Of a DNA stretch of 64,000 nt, positions 24,852-37,394 are shown piece by piece. A program made the translations under genes and the position numbers. The stretch is from positions 558,001 to 622,000 of the forward strand of contig NEEC01000018.1 of the NCBI GenBank assembly GCA_002189035.1. The letters run 5' to 3'. The DNA comes from Utricularia gibba (Eukaryota > Plantae > Magnoliophyta). The first letter of the stretch is position 1, and each line of letters starts with the position of its first letter. The notes under the pieces were generated by a model. It ran no database searches. It saw only the letters and a list, made by a program, of their open reading frames with translations, and was not told the origin of the DNA.

Positions 24852-27800
24852 ATGGCGGAAAATAGCACAGCCACCGACTCGGTTCAGGACGGAAGCGTCG
24901 ACGCGCAAGACCTCGGCCTTATGATCACCAGCAGGGAGCAGCTGAAGGCCCTGCTAACGGAAATCCTTGCCGACCTCCAGGCACTTCAGGTCTCTCCAAT
25001 GCCCAGGAGGGAACACCCGAAACTGCACCACGAACGGAGAAGCAACCTCTTATTCCGGATTACCCCCGGATACGGAAACTGAATACGAAACCGAGGAGGA
25101 AATGCTGCGAAGAAAGAGGCGCAACCAAGTCATATATGAACGAGGAACTGATAGGGAAAACATGGCTGGAAAAATTTTGGAAGAAAGGGAAGAAGACCTG
25201 AAGAGAGAGTTAGACCAGATCCGCGAGAGGAGAACACTTATCGACAAGCGGAGATCGACGGGAAGAAGAGAGGATAGGGGCTTCAGGGACGTTTTCGATC
25301 AGAACGTATCCACCGGGAGAGGGGACGTTCTGGCCGACATCGCTTTGGCCTTGAAGAGTGGGGTTGAGGGAGCAGCTGGGACCACAATGCTGCGTTTTGA
25401 CCCCTTCTCGGACGATTTAGTCGAGGAAGAACCCGAGAGAGGATTTAGGGTCCCAGACGGATTACCACGTACGACGGGAAAGGGGATCCCATATCACACG
25501 TAACCGACTTCGATATGAGGATGTCCACGGTTCGACATTCAGAGGCCATGAAGTATAAGCTATTCGCTTTCTCGCTCCAGAAAGGAGCAAAGACTTGGTT
25601 CAAACAGTTAGAACCATGCAGCGTGGTATCTTATCGGGAGTTAGTGTTGCTTTTCACTACCCGATACGCTGTCAACATCGAAGCTCCACCTTCAAAGGCA
25701 GCATTATACTCTGTTCGGTATGACCATCGAAAAGAGAGCTTGAGAAGGTTCATCGACCGATTTAACTGCCAAGCGCAAGACGTCCAGCTGGATTTAAAGG
25801 AGAGGGTGGAAATAATGAAATGGGCCTTAGGAACGTCGAAATTGGGACAGAGTCTATCAAAGTCCCCACCAAAGAATCTCGTAGAATTGTTAAGGAAAAT
25901 CATGAAGTACATCCGAGTTGATGACGACCTCAGGGCCGAGATGAAAAGCCGCGTGGAGATCCATCCAAGCCCGCAGCAAGAGACCCGACTTAACCGGGGG
26001 CCCAGGCCGAACAAGCTCTGTGAAATATATCAGGTGGAACCAACCAAAACAGATGCCTACTGTGAAATACACAAGACCAGCGGGCATGATATTGCCAACT
26101 GCTGAGTAATGAAGAGGATGATCGAGGAATATCATGCTGGCGGGGAATGAGCAACGCTATACGAAACCCCACATCGATGACGGACCGGAAAAGAGGACGT
26201 AACGAACGAATCGGGAATGAAGGTAACCGATATCCAAAGTTACCCCCAAAACCAGTTAGGGAAGACCCGAAAGCCAACAGGGAACCGAATCTCAGAGGAG
26301 GACAAGACGTACCGGAAAATTCACGCAATTCACACCCAATGCAAGGCAGTCCCCCTACATTCGGGAAATCCATGTGATATCCGGAGAGACCGAAATGGAT
26401 GTATCCGGAAAAGCGCGGAAGAGATATTTGGATGAAGCCAGAAGAGGAGAAGTCTTCGAGATCGGAGATGGTCTGACTGAGAAAACTACTTGGGAAAAAG
26501 AAGAGATCAACTTATCCGGCAAAGACGTCCCAGTCGCCCCAACCGCAAGAGATGAACCTTTGGTGGTATCGGGAATATGTGGGAGCACCAAGGTAAGAAG
26601 GATTCTTATTGATCAAGGATTCTCCTGCAACATCATGAAGAAAGAAGTAGCCGAGTTACTGGCATCATCCAACGAGGGAAACATCCGCCACGTGCGCATT
26701 GAGTTATATGCCTTCGATCAGCGGGCCGTGCAGACTATCGGGAAAATAACCCTGCCCGTAACATTCGGGGCGACAGGGCAGAACCGAACTGAGAGGTTGG
26801 AATTCTTGATCCTGGATTCAGAGGTATCATACAACATCATCCTCGGGCGACCCGGCATCAACCAATTCGGTATGATACCCTCCACTGTGCATTTGAAAAT
26901 TAAATTCCCGACATCGAGGGGCATTTGCACGATGGGCATCGACCAACCAGCCGCCCGGTCCTGTTATGTATCTTCCTGTCGAGACCTCTGCGCGAAAAAG
27001 CCGAGAGTGATGATGGTAGAAAAGGAACCCCGAGAACCCTAGGACAAGCAATGGAACTAGTAGGGTACAAGTCGGTGCAACTAGTAGCAGAAGAGGCGCA
27101 GAAAACAACCCGCATTAGTGCCAATCTGGACACCGAATTTGAGAAGAGGTTATTTGAACTTTTGAGGAAGAACGCCGATATTTTTGCCTGGACTGCTGCA
27201 GACTTTGTAGGCATTGATCGATCCGTTGCCGGGCATCACATTGATACCTACCCGGGAGCAAAACTTGTTCGGCAGAAGCAACGGCATTTCTTAGAGGAAA
27301 AGTGCCGAATTATCAAAGAAAAAACAAGGGAACTCTTGGAAGCCAGTTATGTGTAGGAGATCCAGTATTCCGAGTGGGTATCCAACCCAGTCGTCGTCCC
27401 GAAGCCCGGGGGAAAATGGAGGATGTGCATTGACTTGACCGACCTCAACGTCTGCTGCGAAAGGGACCCTTATCCTTTGCCAAAGATTGACAAGCTAGTA
27501 GACACCATTGCCGGATCCCGATTCCTGAGCACCATGGATGCCTATTCGGGATACCACCAAATTTTCGTTGCCGAGAGAGACCAACCGAAAACTACCTTCT
27601 ATACCAAGGATGGGGTTTACTGTTACGTGGCCATGCCCTTCGATTTAAAGAATGTTGGGGCGACTTATCAGAGGTTGGTAAATAAAATATTCTCTTCTGA
27701 AATCGGTACCTCGATGGAGGTATATGTGGACGATATGATCGTAAAATCTATGAATGAAGAAGACCACTTAGCGTATTTGGATTCTTGTTTCTCATTGTGC

Positions 27801-30387
27801 CGGTCATACAGGTTAAAACTCAACCCACTGAAATGTTGCTTCGGGGTGCGAAGTGGAAAATTCCTGGGGCATTACGTATCAGAGAGAGGAATCGAGGCTG
27901 ACCCCGAGAAGATTAAGGCAATATGCGAAATGCAACCCCCAAGGACAATCAAGGAGTACCAGAGCCTCACGGGTAAATTCGCTGCCCTCAGCCGTTTCAT
28001 ATCTCGATCAGCCGATAAGTCGGCATCCTTCTTCAAGGTCTTGCGAAAGGGAAACGCTCTAGAATGGAATGAGGATTGCCGGCTTGCCTTTGAAAAACTC
28101 AAGGAATATCTCTCATCACCCTCGCTTCTTGTGGCTCCGAGAGCAGGAGAGCCTTTAGGACTATATCTGTCTATATCGCCCGTTGCAGTCAGCGTAGTCT
28201 TGACAACCATCTCGGCAGATAAAAACCTTCCGGTGTATTATGTGAGCAAGGTTCTGTTACCGGCCGAAACTCATTATTCGGTGATAGAAAAATTCATCTT
28301 GACTCTGAAGATGGCGGCCACAAAGCTGAGGTCATATTTCCAAAATTGGCACATCGTGATATTTACCAATCAGCCCTTGAAGAATATCCTATCTCGACCA
28401 GAGATTTCCGAAAGGGTTGCCAAATGGGCGGTCAAATTGAGTACATTGGATATTGAGTTTAAATCGAGAACAGCAATCAAGGCCCAACCTCTTGCCGATT
28501 TTGTGGTCGAAATGACCAAGCCTATAGACTGTTTTGAAGAAGCCAATGACCGATGGGCCATGCACGTTGATGGCTCGATGTACAACGGCGCTGGAGGAGG
28601 AATAGACATCGGAACCCAGGACGGGGAACACATTTATATCATTGTGAAATTCTTATTCCCAGCCTCCAACAATGTGGCCGAGTATGAAGCCTTGATTGAA
28701 GGAATGAAAATTGCCAAGGAACTAGGAGTGGCGGAGCTCGACGTCTACATTGATTCACGACTTGTGCAAGGACAGTTTTCGGGTGAATACGAAACCCATG
28801 ACCCCCTCATGGCTCTATACCATATTCAGGTAAAGGAGCTAGCAAAAACCATCAAGGAATTCACCCTGTCGCACGTGGCGCGCGAGGAGAACGGATCAGC
28901 AGATAGCCTCGCCCGATTTTCTGCTGGTTTTCATGAGCTGAGGGAAGGAAGTGTGACGATTCGGCTGGGGGATTAACCTTCAGTGACCTTGCGAACCGTG
29001 AATTATATTACCCAGCAACTAGGAAATGATATCTCTCCACAGCTGAGTCACCTCGATGATTGGACATCACCCTACGTCCGGTATCTACGAAATGGAGAAA
29101 CACCATCTGATAGATCCAAAGCCTGACAGCTAGAGATTAGATCAAAGAGATATACACTGGTAAATGTGGCAAAGCATTTATCGCAGGTCCTTAGATGGAC
29201 CCCTCTTGAGGTTTATCGGGCAAAGCATTCTCAAGAACTTATAACCGATCTGCATGAAGGGGAATGTGGCAGCCATGTCGGCATACGATCCTTATGCAGG
29301 AAAGCCTTGAGAACCGGGTATTATTGGCCAACTATGGAGCAGGATATTACCAAAATGGTGAAGAAATGCAAAGTATGCCAATACCATGCGAGTACACCGA
29401 GAAAGCCGGTAAATAACCTGACCCCTCTTCCATTCTCATGCCCGTTCGATCGATGGGGAGTGGATATCATGGGGCCGTTCCTCAAACCTCGGGCCGAAGG
29501 AAATTTGTCATCGTGGGAGTCGAGTATTTCTCCAAATGGGTGGAGGCTGAGGCCGTGGCAAAAATATCAGAGGAGACCGTTATTCGATTTCTATGGAGAA
29601 ATATCTTCATCCGGTTCGGAATCCCTCAAGAACTGGTGACCGATAATGGAACCCAATTCGTTGGGGGAAGAATGGAGGCATTCCTGGATAAATATACGGT
29701 CAAACACAACTTCACCTCGGTGTATCACCCGCAAAGCAATGGTCTAACAGAGGTAACGAATCGAACACTCCGGCTAGGAATGAAGACTAAACTTGAAGAT
29801 TTTGGAGGATCATGGGCAGATCGCTTGGATGAAGTGCTGTGGTCATATCGCACCACCCTCGGACCACCACGGAAGAATCTCCGTTCTTATTGGTTTACGG
29901 TTTAGAAGCCGTATGCCCTATCGAACTAACCCTGAAGAGCTACCGGGTGGAACATTATAATGAAGAAGAAAATGCTTACCTGCGAAAACTGGAGTTGGAG
30001 CTGTTGGAAGAAAAACGGCAAAGCATCTATAGCCGACTAGGGGCTCATCAGAGGAGAACGGAAAAGAGATATAACAAGTCGGTGTTCCCAAGGGAATTCT
30101 ATGAGGGAGATTTGGTGCTCCGAAGCATTCAACCACAGAGACATGTTGGAAAATTAGATCGCAAGTGGGAAGGCCCTTATCGGATTTCAAGGGTAATCGG
30201 AAAAGGAGCGTATCGTCTAGAACAATTAGACGGCGTGGAATTCTCAAGGTCATGGAATTCTAAGGAAATTATATACCTAACTGGCTCAATGTCAATCTCC
30301 ATCACAGGATTGCGCAGAATTCGGTATTCTCTCCCTCAAAACACTCAAGCACCTGTAAATTCCTCCAAAGTGGAGATGAGTATATGA
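24852..30387 (+). pseudogene. Tat gag-pol: gag, protease, RT, RNase H, extra archaeal-type RNase H, integrase; broken by stops and frameshifts
   Basis: gag KYKLFAFSLQKGAKTWF and CEIHKTSGHDIANC. Protease ILIDQGFSCNIM. RT MCIDLTDLN...YVDDMIVKS. aRH HVDGS / NNVAEYEAL / YIDSRLV / ADSLA. Integrase LHEGECGSH..CKVCQYH, DIMGP, TDNGTQF, RKWEGPY. Premature stops at 26103-26105, 27354-27356 and 28974-28976. Confidence 0.93.
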
Positions 30388-30659
30388 AACCATAAGCCCT
30401 GTCTGAGTCACGTAAGCCCAGGCAAACCCTGAAAGATCTAAACCACAAGCCCTGGCCAAGCAACGTGAACCCAGGCAAATCCCCCAAATCGGCATCCCCT
30501 GCGGGATACGGCAAACCAACTCGGGATCTCTCCCGATATATATACATGTGATCTCCCAAAACCCGGGCATAAATCGGTGACAAGAATAAGCCCTGGTATA
30601 ATTCGGGCACTGGTTCCCATAAACCGCACGTGTAAGCCCCGAAAAGCCCTTAAGTATTG

Positions 30660-31957
30660 ACCTTATTGTCGAAATCTCGAGACGACAACTTGGCGCCATT
30701 CTCTCGCTCTATCCTCGCTCCCGATCAGCTTCGAACCCGAACTCTGGGGCCTGGAAAGTATCTGTGATAACATCAAGCATGTTCTCATCCTTCGTCAAGG
30801 GGTTTACCTTGTCGAAGCGCGGATCCATGATTGAAAGCCCAAATTCCCGGCTGAACTATCGCCTCTGACGGTATAGAAGTAAGCTGATTAAGTCTCCTGC
30901 ATAGATATCGGAGAGTTCGGCAAAACAAGCCGAGTTGAAAAAATCATCTAGAAGACCCTGCCGAGATGCTTGTTGATCAAGCAATTTGGCCTCTAGTGTC
31001 GAGATGCGGTCCCTGGAATGCTCTAACTCCGCTTCTGCCTCCTCAAATCGGACTTTGAAGCCTTCTCTCTCCGATTTAGTGTCGTCAACCGCCTTTTCCA
31101 TTTCCTCGACCACATTCCGCAATTCTTCCTCCTGGTGGGTGCGTTTCCCTAGAACGGTCTTTAGCGAACTGCCCTCCTCCTCAAACAACTTTATCTGGGC
31201 ATCTTGAGCCACAACCTGGGCTTGAAGCCGAGAGACTACCTCCGACTGAGAACCAATCTCTCTAACCACTCCCAATCCAAGAGTTAAAGCCTGAAGGAAT
31301 ATTGCCGAGTCAAGAACCGACTACTTAGAATTCAGAAGAGGAAACGGGATGCGTACCTGCCAGATCCCTTCAAGTACGTTTCCGGTCGAACATCCGAGGT
31401 ACTAGGCATAGCTCCATCCAGGATTCTCCTTAGTTCAGTTGGAACTGAAGGTTGGGGGAGCATCGGGTTATCCCTTACTTCCACAAGGGTAGAATCCCTC
31501 TGTATCTCAACTGGGGGAGCTGATGTCGAAGCACCAGCCGAAAGGAATATCGCATCAGGAATGGGAGCATCACTAAGATCGGGTGATGAAGGAATTTTCT
31601 CTTTCCCTTTTCCGGCTGAAGGACGGGGAGTCAACTCCCGAGTCTCGGAGACTTCTACTATTGGATCTTCCCTAGAGGAGAAAAGGAAAGTAGTAAAGCA
31701 GAATATGGAATTCGGGGCGAGACAGTAAATCGGGATTGCAAAGGTATAGAGAAAACGGACTATTAAAGGATGAAGAGGGAAGCGTAAACTGCTTTCGAAA
31801 TAGGCAAGCGGAATTGGGAGACTGAACGGAGGCAGGGGGTCCTCAACTACCCCCCAAGGGATTTCAGTATCCCGAGCATGAGAAAGCTGGTACTCATCAG
31901 GGATCGAGTACCGAATGCGAAGGGAGGAGATGTTAGTTCACTAGATCTCCTACCCAT
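30660..31957 (-). pseudogene. Antisense extra ORF in the Tat 3' region (Transposase_28-like motif plus coiled coil), fragmented
   Basis: ATG at 31957. After one frameshift it reads LRIRYSIPDEY...FESSLRFPLHPLIVRFLYTFAIPIYCLAPNS, continuing in frame into ORF 31332-31634. A Glu/Lys-rich coiled-coil segment follows (30856-31275). The domain name comes from motif resemblance only. Confidence 0.7.
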
Positions 31958-32442
31958 TTTCAAAAAAAAAAATTGAAAGAAGCCCAAAACCCTAGAACGA
32001 GGCAGGAGTCATGAAGGGTGAAGGACTTAGAATGATAAGGGGACCGTCAAAAATCCCGGAAGACCGAACGAAAAAGACGAAGAACCGAATGATACCTGAA
32101 AAATTGGCGGTTACCGACGGATATCGCGACGATCGAGTGGTGGACGAGTGCGACGGAGCACAGAGGGCATAAAACTCTTGCAGGCAACAGAGAGGGCAAA
32201 GGAAAGAACTGACAGGAAGGGCGCTTATTTATACGGGAAAGGTTCGGGAGACGAAGCGTCATGACGTTTGAGGTACCCAGAATGAGAAGGAGAAAACGTG
32301 GCGTGCCGATGAGCCGACGTGTGGCAGAGAACGGCATGTGGCTTATTCGGGGGAAGCGGCAGCTCAAGAATGGGTATCGTAGTAGTTCTGATCCCCCAAT
32401 TTTCCTCGAAAGGACTAATATCGGCGAATCAGAGGGGCTGAA

Positions 32443-32973
32443 TGATGAGGGATAAAGTCGGCCAAGGTTAATCGGATTCTGAAAAGCTGTGAAAAGGGAC
32501 TCTGAGGGATAATGCCAACCGATAGACCGATATCTGTCAGAAATCTGACAGGTATAACCATATGACACAGTTTGAAAAGCGGCCGAATTATGGCATAACA
32601 GGCGGCCGATAACTAAAATGCGAAATCGTATAGCAGATGCAAAAAGCAACCGACATTTGCAGATTTCAGGATTCGGTCAGATTGAGCCCTTCTATAAATA
32701 GAAGGAACTATGATGAAAAGTGGGGGAAAGACAAAAAGGAGGATTCTTCAACTTGTATTCTCTTCTTCACCTTCTCCATCTAGTGAAAACCTTTTCCGGC
32801 AAGCTCCGGTAGCTCCGTGATTTTTTCGCTTTCCGGCGGTTTCCACGTAAAAATCTTTGCTCATTTTTACTTCAATTGAATCAACTGTGAAAAACGCAAC
32901 TAAGTGCGACATTCCTGATCGCACCTGTCACCTTAAATCGGCCTCCCACCGGATATCGATTTTACCCGTAACA
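32443..32973 (+). repeat. 3' LTR of the Tat element
   Basis: Direct repeat of 24244-24773, preceded by a purine tract and followed by TTTAC. Confidence 0.95.
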
Positions 32974-33379
32974 TTTACATACACAGAGTTGACAGAGTGC
33001 AATACAAGAGAAGAGACCTAGATTTAGGTGAGGAGCAAAAAAATTGTTACGAACAATAAATATTACAAAAAATGAGAAGAAACAAAAATAGAAGAATAAA
33101 CTGTTTCTCTTGGCTCAAGAATCATAGACCTTATTCAAACAAATACTATTTCTATGTAGAAGATGTATTGTTGGAATAAGATTGTACTATTATTATTCAA
33201 CATTTGAACCTTCCGATCTCTCACTAAGAAATTGTGTGTATTAATATTTTATGAAGTGGTTTGCTTTACTTATGCATGAGTGGCTAAATTTGTGTGGTGT
33301 GCCTTAGAGATAGAAGAGATATGTATTTGGTTAGTATAGAAATCAAAACTTGAGAGTGTTGTATTATTTTCTTAATATT

Positions 33380-36300
33380 TTAAGATATATCCAGGAGGAG
33401 GAAAAGGAAAAGAACACCTAATTTAGGAAATTCAACTTAGGGGTACACCAAAGAATCAGGATATGATACATAAGTAGATTTGTTTATTAGCCCTTAGAAC
33501 TTTGATTTTTCTACCATGCTTTTGAATTTTTTGAACACTTGATAGGTTTGTGTTTTTTATTTTAGGAAATAGATCCAAAAGTAGCATAAGTAATCATCAA
33601 TAAAAGCGAGGAAGTGTCTGCAATCACTAAGTAAATGTTTCTTAAATGAACCACAGAAATCAATGTGCACAAGGTTAAGTTTTCTTGAAGCTTTGCTGTT
33701 AGGGGGTGTAGAGAGGCTTGTAAATTTCCCCTTTTGAAATATTTGAAAGTTGATCTTGATGAATTTAACATCAGAAAATTCCATCACCACGCCATCTCTC
33801 TACATATCTTTTAGGTTTTGAATCACATAATTTCCAAGTCAACTACGTCATACCATAGTTTGTTGTGATACAAAGAAGCAAATTTCATTGAGGTTGCATG
33901 CTTCAATCTTATGCAAGTTATTTTTCATCAGCCAATCATTTACGAAAATTCCTTTGCATCTGTGTTTGTAAATTTTTCCTTGAGAAGAGTTATTTCATGT
34001 AGTTGTTGTTTTTGCAATTGCCTAAAAGTGATTCGACTTTCACTAAAACTTGGAATGTACTACATACTAGAGATTGTAAACACACTATCTTTAGCAAGTA
34101 CAAGGATTGCTTCTATTCCTTTAATTGGATATAAACCTCCAATGGCATCTCTCATAGTTCCCTCATTACACTTAATCATGTTGAAGAAATAGCTCACATC
34201 CCTCTAGGTTTGTTCTTGAGAACATTAATGCAAACTCAAACCCTAGAGGATCAAATAGAGACTACTCTTTCATTTCCTTGTATTAGGTAAACACTACAGT
34301 TTCCTTTTCATTTAAAAAAGTAGGCTTCCTTTTGACTTGATCGCAGACTCTATCTAGATGATCTTTCTGATGGCATTTTTTTGTAAACATCATTTGGATG
34401 CCACCAATAGTTTTCAAGCTTGTGAAATGGTTTACTACAATGCTGACATTCATTTTCTTTCTTCATCCTATAGTTTTTAGTGTTGTGATTGGTTTTCCCA
34501 CATGTTTTACATTGTTTTTAAACTTTCTTTCACTATGTTTGGCAAATTGGTTTGTAGGAGCGACTGTATACTTCATTTGTTCTATAGCTTCCATAGCACA
34601 TAACTTTGGCTCAAATCTATATGGCAGGCTGATCATAGTTTTGTCAATAAGTTTCTTCTTTCAAAATCTCTAAGTGATCACAACTTATTGACCAATTTGA
34701 TGGTGTGCTCATAATAACTCTGCAACTTTTTATTAAGTAACAATCTTTTTTTGTTGATTTCAGCTAAGTTGTTTTGAATGTGAATCTTATGCATATTTTC
34801 ATCTCTTCTAGAGTCTTCAGCTTTTCCCATCCCGCCTTTGCACTCTCATAGCTAGCAATATGTGGAAACATAGAGGGAGTTATGGCTAAATGCAATGCTA
34901 TTATTCTGTAATTTTTTGGTTCTATCACCAACATTAGTTGCTCAGTAGCAACGTTTTGATCTTTATCATAGGTTGAATCCAACAAGGCAAGGGTCTTTAT
35001 CTCCTCTTCTATCAAGTGTCATAGGTTCCTGTTAAGTGTCATTTTCTAGTTATTTATTAGGTATTATTATGTGTTAATTATGTATTAAGTCGTCCAATTA
35101 GGAATTATATTGATAAGTAATTGATTTTCCTTGGAAAAATCCTATTTTCCTATTTTGTATATACTTTCTGTCTTTTTTCTCACATTTTGACTGAGGCATG
35201 TCATGAGACTGTCGTGGAGTGTTGCAGGTGGTCAAATTATGAGTTTTCGTGCGTTGTACGCAACTTGGAACGATTGTGGGTGTAAGACTGACACTGGTCA
35301 AGGCCCCTGACTTACGGCATGTCAGAGTCTGCAGCAATGATTGGGCGCTAACTTGTACGCAAAGGAAAGCTGCTAGCGCATGCAAGACAGAAGGAATGAT
35401 GGAAAGGGGACTCAAAGGAGTTAATGCACATGAAGAATAATATAAAAGCCACTTGGAGTACTTAGTTTGGCACTTTTGCCATTTTCTCTCTTGTACTTAG
35501 AACTTTTAAGTTCTTCCTCTTCTCCAAGGGGAAGAATACTTAGTTTCCAATTTCGTTTCTGTTTTGATGACCCTTTGTGGTGAAAACCCTTTAGTTTCTG
35601 AGAAGTAGATGAAGTTTCCTTCTAAGTCCTGAGCAATACACTCAGTTCTTCACTGAATTCAATTCGGATTCTGCATACTTCCACACGTCTTGTTACAGCC
35701 TTTCTGTAATGACTCCTAGTCAAGGTCCTTCAGTAGCAGGCCACTCCTCGCAGATTTTGGTGAAGATCAAGGTGAAGAGCACCAACTCCAACCCTACCGG
35801 TTCGAGGGAAGTAGCAGATTGTTTGTGCCTAGGTACTGCGACAGTGGATAGGTTGTGACCTCGGACTTGCCACTGGCCATTGGCAACAGCTGGGCACACG
35901 TGCGCAATTTGGTTTTGAAGGTAATCCTCTTGTCTTCCTAATCGTCCAAGGGGGAAACACATGAGGCTATTCTTGTGTCTCATTGTCAATCAGAGTGTAA
36001 GAGAGAGTAGACTATTCCTTGCTCCTATAATCAGCTATTCGGAAGAAATCAGTGAAAACCGAGGCAAGGATGGACAAAGGAAGAAGATGGAATCTCATTC
36101 CCAGGAACTACATCCCGTAGTCAAGGCCCATCACTTAGGATGTGACTTTTATTTCTGCATCTTAAAAACCCCCTTTTGCAAAACCATGATATTTTGTGAA
36201 AGTTTATTACAAACACTTTTCACGAAAAACAACTCCCTGAGATCGATACTCGTACTACAATTTTTGTGTTTTACATTTTATAAATATTTAAAAATTTGTT

Positions 36301-36501
36301 GAGGAAACGACACATAATAGTTCCTTTCTTTCGAGAATGAAATCATCATGACTACCTTGGTGGAGTATTGTGTTCCATCAAGGAGAGGGATCCCCTGAAG
36401 TTATAGGTAAAGACGGGCATAATCGATTGTTGTGATTTGCTTTTGATAACATGAAAAACTAAATCTTTAACATTCAAGTGAAGAAATAGGCTCTGACACC
36501 A
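33380..36501 (-). mobile_element. Truncated Copia body A (PBS, gag, integrase), interrupted at about 35030-36404
   Basis: PBS TGGTGTCAGAGC on - (36490-36501). gag start SQQSIMPVFT near 36410. gag continues at 34764-35029 (IASYESAKAGWEKLK). Integrase LNLVHIDFCG..FIDDY...WIYFLK (33557-33790). No RT or 3' LTR seen. Confidence 0.75.
35030..36404. mobile_element. Non-coding LTR-like insertion(s) splitting gag of Copia A
   Basis: Begins TGTTAAG exactly where gag homology stops, with an internal ...GTTACA end at 35697. No TSD found. Right boundary is approximate. Confidence 0.45.
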
Positions 36502-36795
36502 TGATGAAACATTGAGGTTATACCTGTATATAATCATTCAAATTCCATTCAATGAAGCTATTAGACAAAAAGTAGGGATTGCATACAGTGATGAGCTTGA
36601 ATGGTTTTGAGTCTTGATCTTTTATTTTTTTTATTTGTACTTTATTTATTTTGATCCTCTTTTCTTTTGCAATCCATTAAGGTTTTGATCCAATAGATCC
36701 ATCTTCTTCCTCCTCACCGTAGACTTCCAATCTCAATTCAGCAATTTGGGCTGGTTTCACTAGATTTGCAAGGACCAACTCATCACCTTTTAACA
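36502..36795 (-). repeat. Copia LTR flanked by both a PBS and a PPT
   Basis: TG...CA ends. PBS at 36490-36501 on one side and PPT TCAAGGTGGAG (on -, 36796-36806) on the other. 36589-36795 is clearly homologous to 45739-45937. Confidence 0.75.
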
Positions 36796-37394
36796 CTCCA
36801 CCTTGATACGTTAATTCTATGTTCTCTATCTCTTCTTGGCTACCCGTCTTCTCTGTTAGTGCTATCTTAATTCATAACAAGGAAAATTGCTTCAAGTAGA
36901 GTAATGTTGTCAAGGAATAAACAATCTTTTGCTTGGTCTTCACATATTCCACCTCAATTACCTTCTTCTCTACATAATCCCATAGAACATGAAATTTGAT
37001 GTTAATGTGTTTGGTTCTTCGAAAGAAGGTAGGATTTATTGCCATTCATAGAGTAGATGTGTTATCAATTTTGATGGATAAGCATTTCTCTATTATGATT
37101 TCCAGATCTTCTAGCAGTTTTAGTATCCACACGGCATGATTCGCTATAGCACCACTGGCCATATACTCTACCTCAACTAAAGTTTGAGCAACCACTTCTT
37201 GCTTCTTGCTATTCTAAGCAAATGTAGTTTCAACCAGCATGAAGATGTATCTAGTGATTGATTTATAGTCTTGAGAGTTTCCTGCAAAATCACTATCCAC
37301 ATAACATTTATGTAAAAAGGCAGTATTTTTTTTGTATACTAGGCAGTAATTTGCGGTTCCTTTAATATAGTTCAATACTTGATTGGCACATTTA

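Larger units (their letters stand above)
24244..32973 (+). mobile_element. Full-length Ty3/gypsy LTR retrotransposon, Tat (Retand-like) lineage, defective
   Basis: LTRs 24244-24773 and 32443-32973 (TG...CA, about 26 substitutions in 530 bp counted by eye). TSD TTTAT/TTTAC. PBS TGGCGCCCACCGTGG at 24778-24792. Purine tract AGAGGGGCTGAA before the 3' LTR. Domain order gag-PR-RT-RH-aRH-INT. Confidence 0.96.

Noticed and set aside
25631-28633. Several 70-130-aa antisense ORFs over Tat gag-pol
   Set aside because: Shadow ORFs opposite a recognised coding strand.
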